From: Candidatus Tenderia sp.
Lineage (GTDB): Bacteria > Pseudomonadota > Gammaproteobacteria > Tenderiales > Tenderiaceae
Direction of reading: 5' to 3'
Assembly (NCBI GenBank): GCA_031416075.1
Contig: JANOSY010000073.1
Location: forward strand, 3,822 to 67,821
DNA: 64,000 nucleotides
Shown: piece by piece, positions 1-10,379 of the stretch
Layout of the letters: every line of letters begins with the position of its first letter
Numbering within the stretch: the first letter of the stretch is position 1
Position numbers and translations under genes: made by a program
Notes under the pieces: generated by a model
Seen by the model: only the letters and a program-made list of their open reading frames with translations
The model's database searches: none
What the model was told of the DNA's origin: nothing

Positions 1-1671
1 ACACCACCCACAGCTGCAATCACCAATACACAAGTAACCAATAACAGCACACAGATTTATTATAGTTACACCTATAGCGGAGCCCCCACCTACAAGCGGG
101 CTTATATTGATACTGACCGTAATGCAGGGACGGGACTTCGAGTTGCTACAATTGGTGCCAATTTTCTCATTGAAAATGGGAATCTATATAAACACGCTGG
201 AGGGGGCTGGAACTGGCAGTTTATTAAATCCGTCAGTTATTCAAATGCCAGTAATATTGCAAAATGGACTGTTTTACGTGCTGATATTGGTGAGTCCGCG
301 CAGCCAAATGATGCTGATCTACTATTTCAGACAGAGTCGCCATTGGATACGTCAGCCAAAATAACACATATATATAGTGGCAATACAACGGTCTCTTACG
401 CAGCAGATAACACCTTGTTTATAAATCCTGAACGTGGTTTTTATCACCATACTGGAGACTGTGATAAAGATCTGTTTGATCTGAACACCTTAAAAAACTA
501 CCGGACCAATGAGGCTATCTCACTGGTTATGTGTGTGTTTTATCTTGATGGCTTTCAAAACAGCCTAATCAGCCAGGTCGCATTGGATCGACTTCAATCC
601 CAGTTGAATACAGTCCGCTCTGCGGGCTTAAAGGTTATTTTGCGTTTTGCTTATACGTCCCAGACGAGTGGTAATGATGCACCGCTTAGCCGTGTCTTAG
701 ACCATCTCAACCAACTGACCACTATCTTTCAAGGCAATAGCGATGTCATCAATGTTGTACAAGCAGGACTGATTGGTGCGTGGGGTGAATGGTATTACAC
801 ACAGAACTTTGGCAACGAAGGGAACGTATCAGCGGCCGACTGGCTTAATCGTAAGTTAGTTGCTGACAAATTACTCTCGGTGTTGCCTACATCACGTATG
901 ATTCAATTGCGTACCCCAACGATTAAACGCACCATGTATGGGACAACGGCGATAACAGCCAGTCAAGCTTACAATGGTTCTACTAATGCCCGCATTGGCC
1001 ATCATAACGACTGCTTTTTGGCAAGTGCCACAGATTTTGGAACGTATCAAAATATTACTGTTGAGTACCCATATCTGGCTGCCGAGACACAATACTTGCC
1101 TATGGGGGGCGAAAGCTGTGCAGTTAATCCACTCCGCTCCGAATGTGCCACAGCGATGGATGAACTTGCCAGATTTCACTGGTCATATTTAAACACGGAT
1201 TATAATCTGGGAGTGCTGAACAGCTGGCAAACAGGAGGGTGTTTAACTGAAATAAAACGACGGATGGGTTACCGATTTGAGTTAAAGAGTGGCACGTTTC
1301 CTACAACAACAAAAGCTGGTGGCTCACTGCCTTTTATCTTATCACTACAAAACATAGGATTTTCTGCCCCATTCAATGCACGTAATGTGGAATTAATACT
1401 GCGTAATACATCAACTGGTGCTTTATATCGATTCCCACTCCCCTTTGATCCACGTTTATGGCTGGCAAGCACTACGGTAAATCTAAGCCATGCCATCACA
1501 CTTCCGGCAAATATTCCTGCTGGTGACTACTCGCTGCTGCTCAACTTGCCTGACCCTGCAACAACACTGAAAAATTTGCCTGCGTATTCAATCAGGCTTG
1601 CAAATAATGGGGTTTGGGAGGCGGCAAGTGGTTTTAATAAGCTGTTACATATAGTGACTATTACACCTTAG
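1..1671 (+). CDS. Secreted glycoside-hydrolase-like protein with DUF4874/DUF4832-type domain. It is 5'-partial: frame 1 is open from window position 1, so the gene starts upstream of the window.
   Basis: Frame 1 has no stop between positions 1 and 343 and reads TPPTAAITNTQ...LFQTESPLDTSAKITHIY, running continuously into the listed 343..1671 ORF. The GAWGEWYY motif and the overall composition are typical of DUF4832 beta-galactosidase-like proteins. The N-terminal part is Asn/Thr/Ser/Gly-rich with no obvious start codon context inside the window. Confidence 0.55.
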   Translation, partial: TPPTAAITNTQVTNNSTQIYYSYTYSGAPTYKRAYIDTDRNAGTGLRVATIGANFLIENGNLYKHAGGGWNWQFIKSVSYSNASNIAKWTVLRADIGESAQPNDADLLFQTESPLDTSAKITHIYSGNTTVSYAADNTLFINPERGFYHHTGDCDKDLFDLNTLKNYRTNEAISLVMCVFYLDGFQNSLISQVALDRLQSQLNTVRSAGLKVILRFAYTSQTSGNDAPLSRVLDHLNQLTTIFQGNSDVINVVQAGLIGAWGEWYYTQNFGNEGNVSAADWLNRKLVADKLLSVLPTSRMIQLRTPTIKRTMYGTTAITASQAYNGSTNARIGHHNDCFLASATDFGTYQNITVEYPYLAAETQYLPMGGESCAVNPLRSECATAMDELARFHWSYLNTDYNLGVLNSWQTGGCLTEIKRRMGYRFELKSGTFPTTTKAGGSLPFILSLQNIGFSAPFNARNVELILRNTSTGALYRFPLPFDPRLWLASTTVNLSHAITLPANIPAGDYSLLLNLPDPATTLKNLPAYSIRLANNGVWEAASGFNKLLHIVTITP

Positions 1672-1855
1672 CCCTGTAGTGTTAGTAAGGAGAACTGCGT
1701 CATCCCGATAAAACCACCCATACAAAAATGGTTATCTATTGTCATTTTGGTAGCTCTTTAAGGTAATAACTTGTGATTTTATAGTAAATATTACCTTTTT
1801 TTAGAACTCTCATTGGGTCAGAATAAAGATAGATAATTATTGGAGGGGAGTATTT

Positions 1856-2638
1856 ATGTCATCACATATCAAGAAACTGGCACCATCTATGAGTTATATG
1901 GATGGTGAGTTGCCTCTGTCAGTAAGGATTAATGCCTTGGGTGATATCAGTGAGATATTCAATCATCACGTTGGAAATTTCTTTCCATACGATTTTTCTG
2001 TTATTGGCAAGGCATATTTAAGTGGTAATAGCATCGAGGTTAGTGATGTTTTTTTGCAGCAGGGCGAACTTCACAATACACATACACGTTTAATCACGGA
2101 CTGTAATTCACTGCTATCTATCTGGAGAGTTATGCGGCAGGTCTGTCTGCTGGACCTAGGCCCATGTGGCTGTATTGGGAGTTTACGCAATAGTAATACT
2201 GACATTAACAAACGAAGCTTTATGGTTCATGGGCACGGCACAGATGAGTTCCACGTTATATTCATTATTCTCAGCACCCATCAACGATCTTGTAATAATA
2301 CTGACAAACAATTTCTTCACGATGTTATGCCTGCTTTAGCACAAACATTAGAACAACTATCTCAGGAGGGTGTAACTGCCGAAGAAAAACTGATCGCATA
2401 TGATCAATTGCAGACCTCACAATCTATACCAGAATTAATGTCACCACTATCAGCAAGAGAGATAGAGATAGTCAACTGTCTTGCTGAGGGAAAGACAAAT
2501 AAGGAGATTGCCCGAAACCTAGGCACAAGCCCGCACACAGTGAGGAATCAGGTATCTCGTTTATCCCAAAAAGTAGGAGCACGAAACCGTACCCAAATAG
2601 TCTCTTTAACAGCACTTCTCCAACAAAAAAAAATTTAG
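1856..2638 (+). CDS. LuxR-family transcriptional regulator. It has a C-terminal GerE/LuxR helix-turn-helix and an uncharacterised N-terminal domain.
   Basis: C-terminal EIEIVNCLAEGKTNKEIARNLGTSPHTVRNQVSRLSQKVG is a canonical LuxR-type HTH. There is an AT-rich upstream region with a GGAGG-like RBS before the ATG. Confidence 0.7.
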   Translation: MSSHIKKLAPSMSYMDGELPLSVRINALGDISEIFNHHVGNFFPYDFSVIGKAYLSGNSIEVSDVFLQQGELHNTHTRLITDCNSLLSIWRVMRQVCLLDLGPCGCIGSLRNSNTDINKRSFMVHGHGTDEFHVIFIILSTHQRSCNNTDKQFLHDVMPALAQTLEQLSQEGVTAEEKLIAYDQLQTSQSIPELMSPLSAREIEIVNCLAEGKTNKEIARNLGTSPHTVRNQVSRLSQKVGARNRTQIVSLTALLQQKKI

Positions 2639-2681
2639 GATCCATCGAATGAGCTACGACTATTTAAATAACACCCTCATT

Positions 2682-3845
2682 TTAGAATCGCCACACCGCT
2701 TCCAATTTGATCCGGTCTAGCTCATCAAATGCAGAGGGTTCCGCGTTATGGTTCACATAAAACCAATCTACTTCCGTGCGCAATTCAAGATTCTTATCCC
2801 ACTCATAACCTAATTTAAGGGATAACCACTCTTCATCACCACCGATTTGATGCCACCAGAAGAGACGCATATTTCCACGATTTTGTAAAAACTTATATTG
2901 TGCTAGCAATGAGACATAGCGCTGGGAATAATTTGTCGTATTATATGAACCAGGCGTAGTAGCCTCCCAATAGAGTTGTGGGCTAAAGAAAAGATGGCCG
3001 TACTCCCAATCAAATCCAACAAGCGCTTGCTCTTGGCGTTGTGGTATGTATGAAAAATCCGTATTAAATGTATCCGTTTCGCTATACACCCATTCAGCAC
3101 GAATAATTCCCGGCCCTGCGGGCCAATCCGCACTTGCCCCCCATAAATATCGTCGTGCACTACCCATATCAAAATCACCATCTGAAAGAGGTTGCCATAA
3201 CGGTTCATGATTCCAACCATTTAGCCAATACAAACCAAGATCCAGCTCCCCCATCTGACGGCTCAGGCGTGCCCCAGTAACCCCATGCATTGATCTACCC
3301 TTAGGGGTCTCTAATGAGTGGTTAAAGGCGGGTTGCAATAGTGGAAAGCTCGGATCAACAGCATTGAGGCGTCGGTCAGGTCCAGCAAATAGCTGCCATT
3401 CCCACACACTCACTTGCCCATCCCATTGCACCATCCATAACGGGATTCGGGCATCCGCTGCAACCATATAAAAAGCATCCGGGTATCGCAATGGATTAAC
3501 AGTGTCTAACAAGCGAAAAGCATCCGCTCTCCCCCAAGCGATCTGTTGGCGGCCAATCCGTAATGTACTTTGATCAATCTGCCAGGTTAAATAAGCCTCG
3601 CGTAGTTCTATTTCTGAGTTTTCCCCCCAGGGAGTATCTATTGTTTCTGCACGTACACCAATATAGGCCCGGCCTCTAAGTAGATTCTCCCTCCAGTTCA
3701 GACGCAAATCACCACGCCCTGCCATCTCGTTTTTTTTTGCATCAGGATAATAGTCAAGGCCCGTGCGCATCTCAATATTAGCCTCTGAAGAAAAAGCGTG
3801 TGTTGCATATACTGCAATAAATATAACCAAAAACTTTAAAAACAT
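2682..3845 (-). CDS. Outer-membrane beta-barrel protein (putative porin/export channel).
   Basis: N-terminal signal peptide MFLKFLVIFIAVYATHAFS. Alternating amphipathic beta-strand pattern rich in W/Y/G. C-terminal ...LEAVWRF with a terminal aromatic typical of BAM-assembled barrels. Directly abuts the LolA-like gene. Confidence 0.5.
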   Translation of the reverse strand: MFLKFLVIFIAVYATHAFSSEANIEMRTGLDYYPDAKKNEMAGRGDLRLNWRENLLRGRAYIGVRAETIDTPWGENSEIELREAYLTWQIDQSTLRIGRQQIAWGRADAFRLLDTVNPLRYPDAFYMVAADARIPLWMVQWDGQVSVWEWQLFAGPDRRLNAVDPSFPLLQPAFNHSLETPKGRSMHGVTGARLSRQMGELDLGLYWLNGWNHEPLWQPLSDGDFDMGSARRYLWGASADWPAGPGIIRAEWVYSETDTFNTDFSYIPQRQEQALVGFDWEYGHLFFSPQLYWEATTPGSYNTTNYSQRYVSLLAQYKFLQNRGNMRLFWWHQIGGDEEWLSLKLGYEWDKNLELRTEVDWFYVNHNAEPSAFDELDRIKLEAVWRF

Positions 3846-4613
3846 TTAATCGGCACGTAAATAACGAGAAGAGACGTAATAATCGTCAAGCGTAATGTCC
3901 AACGCACGCTCTTTTATGGTTAATTGCGTCACTCTTTTATTAACCATATTTTCCATCTTAATCACTTGTGGCCTCCAATAATTACCCTCTCTTTTTATGC
4001 TACTGGCTGTCAATCTCTTTATTAATTCACCAGAATGGTCAAAATATTCGATAGCAACCGGATATTGAGAGGGTATGTCAATGTAGTATATCTTTTTAGA
4101 ATATCCAGATGCTTCACGCTCATGATTATTGTCAGGCTCCGCCAAAATAACAATACACCGGCTATCACCACACGCAGTCTCTTTTACAATACTGAATTTG
4201 TATAAATTAATTTTATAATCTTCAAAATCCTCATGCGTAAACTCTGTCCCCATAAACCAATTTGTTTTTTCACTACCAGATACCCGCCTAAATTTACGCG
4301 TTGCTGGCAAGTACAACCAAATATCATTGGCCTCCTTATTTCTGTCTTCAATTAACAGCCCCGTACCTTGTAAAATAGGAGGTGATATAAACTTTATAAG
4401 AGAGACCTCTTTGTCTGTCTCATGTTTATAAAAAAATTCCATATCACGCGACTGAACAAGTTTTTTATCTTGGTCAAAAATATCCATCTTAAATAAAGAT
4501 TTCTCTGTCAAACTCTTAGTGGTTTCTTCAGAACGTTCCATTAAATTACGTCCATCTTCTGAAAATGCAGGCATTGATGACATTAAAATTAAACACACAA
4601 TAATTATCTTCAT
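3846..4613 (-). CDS. Outer membrane lipoprotein-sorting (LolA-like) family periplasmic protein.
   Basis: Signal peptide MKIIIVCLILMSSMPAFS, about 255 aa of beta-rich sequence. Lies between the FtsX-type permease and the outer-membrane barrel gene with a 4-nt overlap. The LolA-like family call rests on size and context and on general recall of pfam17131-type proteins. Confidence 0.5.
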   Translation of the reverse strand: MKIIIVCLILMSSMPAFSEDGRNLMERSEETTKSLTEKSLFKMDIFDQDKKLVQSRDMEFFYKHETDKEVSLIKFISPPILQGTGLLIEDRNKEANDIWLYLPATRKFRRVSGSEKTNWFMGTEFTHEDFEDYKINLYKFSIVKETACGDSRCIVILAEPDNNHEREASGYSKKIYYIDIPSQYPVAIEYFDHSGELIKRLTASSIKREGNYWRPQVIKMENMVNKRVTQLTIKERALDITLDDYYVSSRYLRAD

Positions 4614-6982
4614 CCAAAACTTCTCCTACGTAACGTCTCTGACATTGTCATATTTTTGATCTTTTTAATAACAGGGATGGTAGTTACTGGTAATAAAGCC
4701 AGCGCCGGGATCATTACAAATATAGGATCACGCCAATCAAATAGTGTTGGCACATTAAACCATGCCTGACCCAATATACTATTTAGTATCATAGCCAGAA
4801 TATATCCCATCGGAAGCGATAAAATAATACCAATAACACCCAGAATACTCACTTCGACCTTTATCATTTTTGACAGTGTCTTCTGCTCAAATCCCAGTAT
4901 TTCAAGCAAAACAAAATCAGACTCGCGTTCCATGAAGGTAAAAGAGCTACTGGTAAACAGAAACAGTAGTGCAACACCAATACTAAAAGCGGCAGCAAGG
5001 TAGACAATACCCGCAATCTCTTTTAAGTGAGCGATTACCTCCGCAACAAGCTCTGAACGTACAGTGACCTTCCCTACTCGACTATCTTGATAAAACGCTG
5101 AACTAAGATTGCTATTTTGATTAGCAGAGACCAATACTCCTGTGTTCTGATCATTAAGATCTAACCAGTGTCGTGCTGCATTGATGGTTGTAAATGTTTC
5201 ACCCGGTAATGCACCAGAGAACACCCCCACTAAAACAGCCTCCACATCACCTTGTTTTCCCTCTACGGTGAGTGATTCACCAATGGTTATACCCAGGCTT
5301 GCGGCTAACTTTCTCTCCATAACCACTGAATTGGTATCAGAAGAGTTCAATCCTCTACCCTCTAATATTATCAAGGATCGTAAGCTATCGTCCGGAGACA
5401 CCCCAATTAGCAATCCACTTTCACGTTTATTATTCACAGCAAACCTGGCAGGACCACGGACAAACAGATCTAAACTCTGAACACCTGAAATATTATTCAG
5501 ATCCTCCAACTCGTCATCCCACACAGGTGATAAAAAGTCGACGGCATACTCCCAGTTATCCTTAGAGAATCCATTAACAATCGCCCCCTGAAAAGAGCTT
5601 AATGCAACAAAATAGGCCAGCGCTGGTGCCAATGCCAGAGCCACCGAGACAACCGTCATTAAACTTGCGTAACGGCGACGGAGTATTGATTGTATCGAAT
5701 AACGCCACACTGGAGAGCTCAATTTTGATGCCGAGGCACCGTGATCAGGAGCGGGAGACGGTGGGGAGTCACGCACAGCGCTGAGCGGTGTGATTTTCAA
5801 GGCCTGGCGCAATGGATAAGAGACCCCTGCTATACAGGCAAAGATAAGACCGAAAAAGGCCCACACAATATGTGGTGAAAAGAGTACTAAATTGGGTGAA
5901 GGTAAACCAATCGCGTTGGCATACTCCATTCCAAAACCGTACAGCATAACAAAAGATATACCAATACCACTTAATGTCCCACCAATAGCAATCACAGATA
6001 CCGGTACAAATACCCGTAATGCCATAGATCCTTTGCCATACCCTAATGCAGAGAACACACCTAGCTGTTGACGTTGCCGTGCGACCCATTGGTATAAGAG
6101 AAAAAATAGAATAGTCACCGCACACACAGCAAAAATTGCAACAATAGCGGGGGTAAATATTCTAAATGCACCTAAGTCGACATTAAGAAACATATGGCCA
6201 AATTGGTGTGATAGAGGAATATCCTCATCAATAGAGAGTTTGCTTTTTGACCGATTCAAAACCTCTTTTGCAATATTTTCAGGAAGATCATTAGCAGAGA
6301 GATTGCCCGTAAACAAAACACTATTGACAAGATCAAAACCCAAACGTTGATGCATTAATGTACGTGGGGCAAAAATAACACCTAAAGAGCCTTTTGATGG
6401 TAAGAAAAAATTAGGATTTGCGCCATCAACGAGGTGTTCTACACTAATAGCGATACCCCGTACTGTTAGGTTAAAGGTAGCTTTACCAATATTAAGGTGT
6501 AATTCATCCCCAATTTTATAGTCATAGTGGCGCGCTAAATTTCGATCTATAACAATTTCAGAGGGTTTTTCATTATCCAAATCCTCACCCTCTGTGATCA
6601 ATAATTTATTAATCTTTGCATCAGCTGTAACGGATACCATTAGACTAGAGAGTGGCATACCATCTTTAAGCACAATATTTCCCGGTAATAATAGTCTCTG
6701 TTCAATACTCTCTATACCTGAAATATCGCTCCAATTCGGAATGTTTTTACTATCTTCTGGCGTAAATCTTATTTCATGGGCAGCAATATTTGCTTGTTGA
6801 TAAAGACCATCTCGAAAAGAGAAGAGACTATCGATGGCAGAATATAATCCGGCATACATTCCAAAACCGGCCCCCATAATTAACATTACCGCAACAGTTC
6901 GCCAACGCATTCCCCATAATTCACGTATCGATGAACGGACTGGCAATAATCCACTCATGCTGGCACACATGCGTGAACACAC
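4610..6982 (-). CDS. ABC transporter permease, FtsX/MacB-like, with two permease modules. The true start is probably a few codons inside, because the listed start overlaps the ATPase gene by 28 nt.
   Basis: 790 aa with two groups of TM helices separated by large soluble domains, typical of duplicated FtsX-family permeases. Directly downstream of, and overlapping, an ABC ATPase. Confidence 0.7.
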   Translation of the reverse strand: MCSRMCASMSGLLPVRSSIRELWGMRWRTVAVMLIMGAGFGMYAGLYSAIDSLFSFRDGLYQQANIAAHEIRFTPEDSKNIPNWSDISGIESIEQRLLLPGNIVLKDGMPLSSLMVSVTADAKINKLLITEGEDLDNEKPSEIVIDRNLARHYDYKIGDELHLNIGKATFNLTVRGIAISVEHLVDGANPNFFLPSKGSLGVIFAPRTLMHQRLGFDLVNSVLFTGNLSANDLPENIAKEVLNRSKSKLSIDEDIPLSHQFGHMFLNVDLGAFRIFTPAIVAIFAVCAVTILFFLLYQWVARQRQQLGVFSALGYGKGSMALRVFVPVSVIAIGGTLSGIGISFVMLYGFGMEYANAIGLPSPNLVLFSPHIVWAFFGLIFACIAGVSYPLRQALKITPLSAVRDSPPSPAPDHGASASKLSSPVWRYSIQSILRRRYASLMTVVSVALALAPALAYFVALSSFQGAIVNGFSKDNWEYAVDFLSPVWDDELEDLNNISGVQSLDLFVRGPARFAVNNKRESGLLIGVSPDDSLRSLIILEGRGLNSSDTNSVVMERKLAASLGITIGESLTVEGKQGDVEAVLVGVFSGALPGETFTTINAARHWLDLNDQNTGVLVSANQNSNLSSAFYQDSRVGKVTVRSELVAEVIAHLKEIAGIVYLAAAFSIGVALLFLFTSSSFTFMERESDFVLLEILGFEQKTLSKMIKVEVSILGVIGIILSLPMGYILAMILNSILGQAWFNVPTLFDWRDPIFVMIPALALLPVTTIPVIKKIKNMTMSETLRRRSFG

Positions 6983-7650
6983 CCATCAATCAATGTTAGA
7001 GAACGATCTGTATGTCGCGCAATTTCTGGGTTATGGGTAACAATAATCAATGCCGACCCCGCTTTACGGCACTGATCAAGCAGTACTTTAAGCACCTGCT
7101 CTCCAGTATTGGGGTCTAGATTTCCGGTGGGTTCATCAGCCAGAATTAACGGTGAATTCTTCACAATTGCTCGTGCTATGGCAACCCTCTGTTGTTGTCC
7201 ACCAGACAGTTGTGATGGAAATGAGCGCTCATAATTAGACAATCCTACAAGGTCCAGGCTATTTAAGACCTTATCACGGGCCCCTTTAGGTAATGGTCCA
7301 GAGGCATCCAAACCCGTCAGTACATTTTCAAATACAGTTAACGATGAAATTAAGTTATAAAACTGAAATACAAATCCAACATTGTGGCGTCGATGGTCGG
7401 CTAAGTCTTGTGACTTCATATCAAGAAGCGCCCCATTAATATGCAACGTGCCTGAATCAGCCGTCTCAATTCCACCTAAGATGCTCAACAATGTTGACTT
7501 TCCAGTTCCCGACACACCTAATAACGCAATAGATTCGCCACTAGACATCGATAGATTGACATCTGACAATACCGTAGTTTCAGTAACCCCCTGAAAGTAT
7601 GATTTTTTAATTCCGGATGCCTGTATAAATGAAGATGTAGTACCTGTCAT
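6955..7650 (-). CDS. ABC transporter ATP-binding protein (LolD/MacB-type ATPase).
   Basis: Walker [13 protein letters not shown] signature [14 protein letters not shown], Walker [12 protein letters not shown]. Confidence 0.85.
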   Translation of the reverse strand: MTGTTSSFIQASGIKKSYFQGVTETTVLSDVNLSMSSGESIALLGVSGTGKSTLLSILGGIETADSGTLHINGALLDMKSQDLADHRRHNVGFVFQFYNLISSLTVFENVLTGLDASGPLPKGARDKVLNSLDLVGLSNYERSFPSQLSGGQQQRVAIARAIVKNSPLILADEPTGNLDPNTGEQVLKVLLDQCRKAGSALIIVTHNPEIARHTDRSLTLIDGCVHACVPA

Positions 7651-8138
7651 GATAGGGACTCATACTGTTCTGTTATCGTAGAGATAATTTTCCATTCCAC
7701 ACTCACCTTAATATCAATAGCCGGCTTTAGGGATGAGCTAACAGTGCAGTAATTTTGAAAAATGTCCTCACAACGTTGTCTACGCGGATTATCGACAGTT
7801 AAAATAGGCTTAAGTATCACTTCTACACGATTTATTCTGGGATTTCCTTCAGCATTAGGTATAACAACGGCAGTGGCTTCTGTTTCGATATTGACTATTT
7901 TAAGATGCGCACGTCTACTTGTTTCCAGTAAACTTGCACTTAAACAATGAGCCACTGCTGTGGCCAATAGTGCAGGTGTTGCCGGTCCTGATGCATCTCC
8001 TACTGGATCTGGCTCATCAGAAACATAAGGTAATCCATGAGGTTTTTGATCTTCACTGGCCTGGGTAACAAAACGATAACGATCCAGATATTTCATTGAA
8101 ATATCAAACCTTCGCTCTTGTTGATCACGCATTTCCAT
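7647..8138 (-). CDS. OsmC/Ohr family peroxiredoxin-like protein.
   Basis: ATPALLATAVAHCLSASL... pattern characteristic of the OsmC fold. Its stop overlaps the ABC ATPase start (ATGA). Confidence 0.7.
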   Translation of the reverse strand: MEMRDQQERRFDISMKYLDRYRFVTQASEDQKPHGLPYVSDEPDPVGDASGPATPALLATAVAHCLSASLLETSRRAHLKIVNIETEATAVVIPNAEGNPRINRVEVILKPILTVDNPRRQRCEDIFQNYCTVSSSLKPAIDIKVSVEWKIISTITEQYESLS

Positions 8139-8172
8139 ATATATCTCCTAACAATTCAATATTACTATTCTA

Positions 8173-8859
8173 TTACTCTGCAACAACTTTCCGTATGAAA
8201 TTAAATCTATTCTCTAACTTATAACCAATAAAACTAATGATCACACCCACTACAGCAAAACCTGCAGCCATCACTAAATAAGAGATTAACATTTTATTTG
8301 GATTACGCTCGGCCGCTATCAATCCAGACTGCATTAAATCAATAACACCTACAACATAGATAACAGCTGTATCTTTAAAAAGAGAAACAGCAAAACTTGC
8401 GCTTGCAGGTGTCATTCGACGTAACCCCTGAGGTATCACAACACTAATAAAAACTTGACTCTTTGATAACCCCGTTGCTTGTGCTGCTTCAACTTCACCT
8501 GAAGGTACTGAGGAAAAACCAGCACGAACAATTTCAGCTTGATACGCTGATGAATAGAGTGTTAATGCTATAAATGCACTCAATAATGGCGGTATATTGA
8601 TGCCAATCATGATAGGTAGTAAAAAATGGCACCAGAAGAGCAAAAGTATCAATGGTGTTGATCTTAGTACTTCAATAAATGCTGTGGCACAAAAACCGCT
8701 TATTCTCCCGCCTGCCATTCTCAATAGTGCAAGCGGAACCGCAAACATGAATCCCATTACAAAACAAGATACTGCTAATCCAATATTGATTAGAAGTCCC
8801 CCAGGGGGTCCATCCGGCCATCCGCCGATCATCATGAAACTCAACCAATCAAGACTCAT
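8173..8859 (-). CDS. Polar amino acid ABC transporter permease (HisM/GlnP family).
   Basis: Multi-TM protein, EAA-like loop region ...AQATGLSKSQVFISVVIPQGLRRM. Paired with a second permease and ATPase. Confidence 0.8.
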   Translation of the reverse strand: MSLDWLSFMMIGGWPDGPPGGLLINIGLAVSCFVMGFMFAVPLALLRMAGGRISGFCATAFIEVLRSTPLILLLFWCHFLLPIMIGINIPPLLSAFIALTLYSSAYQAEIVRAGFSSVPSGEVEAAQATGLSKSQVFISVVIPQGLRRMTPASASFAVSLFKDTAVIYVVGVIDLMQSGLIAAERNPNKMLISYLVMAAGFAVVGVIISFIGYKLENRFNFIRKVVAE

Positions 8860-9611
8860 GTTACTGGTACCGATAGAGATGGTTTATTGAGTACATCTTT
8901 AGTACTGTATCGACATAAATTGAGTCTGTTTTCCATTTTATGTGATACAGAACCCAATATTAAAGAGATGACAATATAAAAAATAGTTGCTACAAGCGTT
9001 GCCTCTAACCCTCTAAAACTTAACGACTCTATCTGCTGTGTTGCCCATGTCAGCTCAGTGACACCAATAACTATACATAGTGATGAATTTTTAAAATTAT
9101 GAATGGTTCTATTGGCTAATGCGGGAAGAACAATTCGAATTGCAAGGGGCAATAAACAACATATCCACTGTTGTTTTGATGTTAGTCCACAGCTTTTTGC
9201 CGCCTCTCTTTCACCAGAAGAGATGGCAAGTACGCCATTTCTTAATATATCTGATACATACGTTCCATTATCGATACTTAATGCAACTATTCCGGCTAAG
9301 AGTGCATAACTTCCCCAGCCATGCAAAATACTGCCTAGTGAATCAGGCAGTATCTCTGGAAAAACAAAATAAAAAAACAGTATCCAAAAAACTGCCGGGA
9401 TATGTCGTGCGACGCCGACCCATGCACTGCAGGGCCAGACAAAATATTTCACCGGTGATAGGCGCCCTGAAGCAATAACAATGCCTATCAGTATTGATAA
9501 AATAGTGCTAAAAAAGGCGATAATAAACGTGTGTGCAACGCCATAAAGTAGATAATCCCGATACTCATGACGGGCAATAACAGACCAGTCAAATTCGTAT
9601 GTAAACTCCAT
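8856..9611 (-). CDS. Polar amino acid ABC transporter permease (HisQ/GlnP family).
   Basis: Multi-TM, ...EAAKSCGLTSKQQWICCLLPLAIRIVLPAL... EAA motif. 4-nt overlap with the downstream permease. Confidence 0.8.
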   Translation of the reverse strand: MEFTYEFDWSVIARHEYRDYLLYGVAHTFIIAFFSTILSILIGIVIASGRLSPVKYFVWPCSAWVGVARHIPAVFWILFFYFVFPEILPDSLGSILHGWGSYALLAGIVALSIDNGTYVSDILRNGVLAISSGEREAAKSCGLTSKQQWICCLLPLAIRIVLPALANRTIHNFKNSSLCIVIGVTELTWATQQIESLSFRGLEATLVATIFYIVISLILGSVSHKMENRLNLCRYSTKDVLNKPSLSVPVT

Positions 9612-9620
9612 ATTATCTAC

Positions 9621-10361
9621 TTATACCATCTCTAACATCGATGATTGACGTACACTGTTTGCCAATCTTCCCACCCGATCAGTCGATTGACAGGCCAGAG
9701 TATTACAATCAACTTCAGTTAATGTTCCATTGTTGAGCATGAAAAAACGATTCCCTGTTGCACACGCAAAATCAAGATCATGGGTTACCACTATCTGCGC
9801 TATATTGAGATCTGCAAGTGATTTAATATTTTCTGATACTTCATCACGTAGACGCCAATCCAGTGCTGATGTAGGCTCGTCAAATAACATCACATCCGGG
9901 GACATGGCTAAACACCTTACAATCGCAATTCTCTGTTTTTCTCCACCAGAAAGGCTGTCTGGATATATATCTTTTCTATGAGAAACCGAAAATTTATCCA
10001 TTAGGTCAATAGCAATATTGATGGCTAATTTTTTAGTCAGTTTTTTCACCCTAATTAGCGGTAATGTTATATTTTCCAGTGCGGTCAAGTGGGAAAACAG
10101 ATTGCAATGTTGAAAAACAATACCTACACGTGACCGCAACTCACAAAGATTGATTCCTTCATCATAAAGAGATACTCCATCAATCATAATATCCCCGGAG
10201 TCGATAACCTCCATTCTATTAATCGTCCTTAATAGTGTTGTTTTGCCACTGCCGCTTGGGCCGCATATCATTGCAACCTCTCCACGCTGCAATGATAGCG
10301 TCACACTATTTAGGATTGTTTTTCCTGAGATTATCTTCCCCACTGATTTCAACTCAATCAT
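9621..10361 (-). CDS. Polar amino acid ABC transporter ATP-binding protein.
   Basis: Walker A GPSGSGKTT, signature LSGGEKQRIAIVRCLA, Walker B MLFDEPTSALD. Confidence 0.85.
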   Translation of the reverse strand: MIELKSVGKIISGKTILNSVTLSLQRGEVAMICGPSGSGKTTLLRTINRMEVIDSGDIMIDGVSLYDEGINLCELRSRVGIVFQHCNLFSHLTALENITLPLIRVKKLTKKLAINIAIDLMDKFSVSHRKDIYPDSLSGGEKQRIAIVRCLAMSPDVMLFDEPTSALDWRLRDEVSENIKSLADLNIAQIVVTHDLDFACATGNRFFMLNNGTLTEVDCNTLACQSTDRVGRLANSVRQSSMLEMV

Positions 10362-10379
10362 TGAAAGCTCCTCGAGTTA

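Noticed and set aside
107-364. 85-aa ORF near the window start.
   Set aside because: It is out of frame with the continuous frame-1 reading that extends the DUF4832 gene to the window edge, and it is hydrophobic and low complexity.
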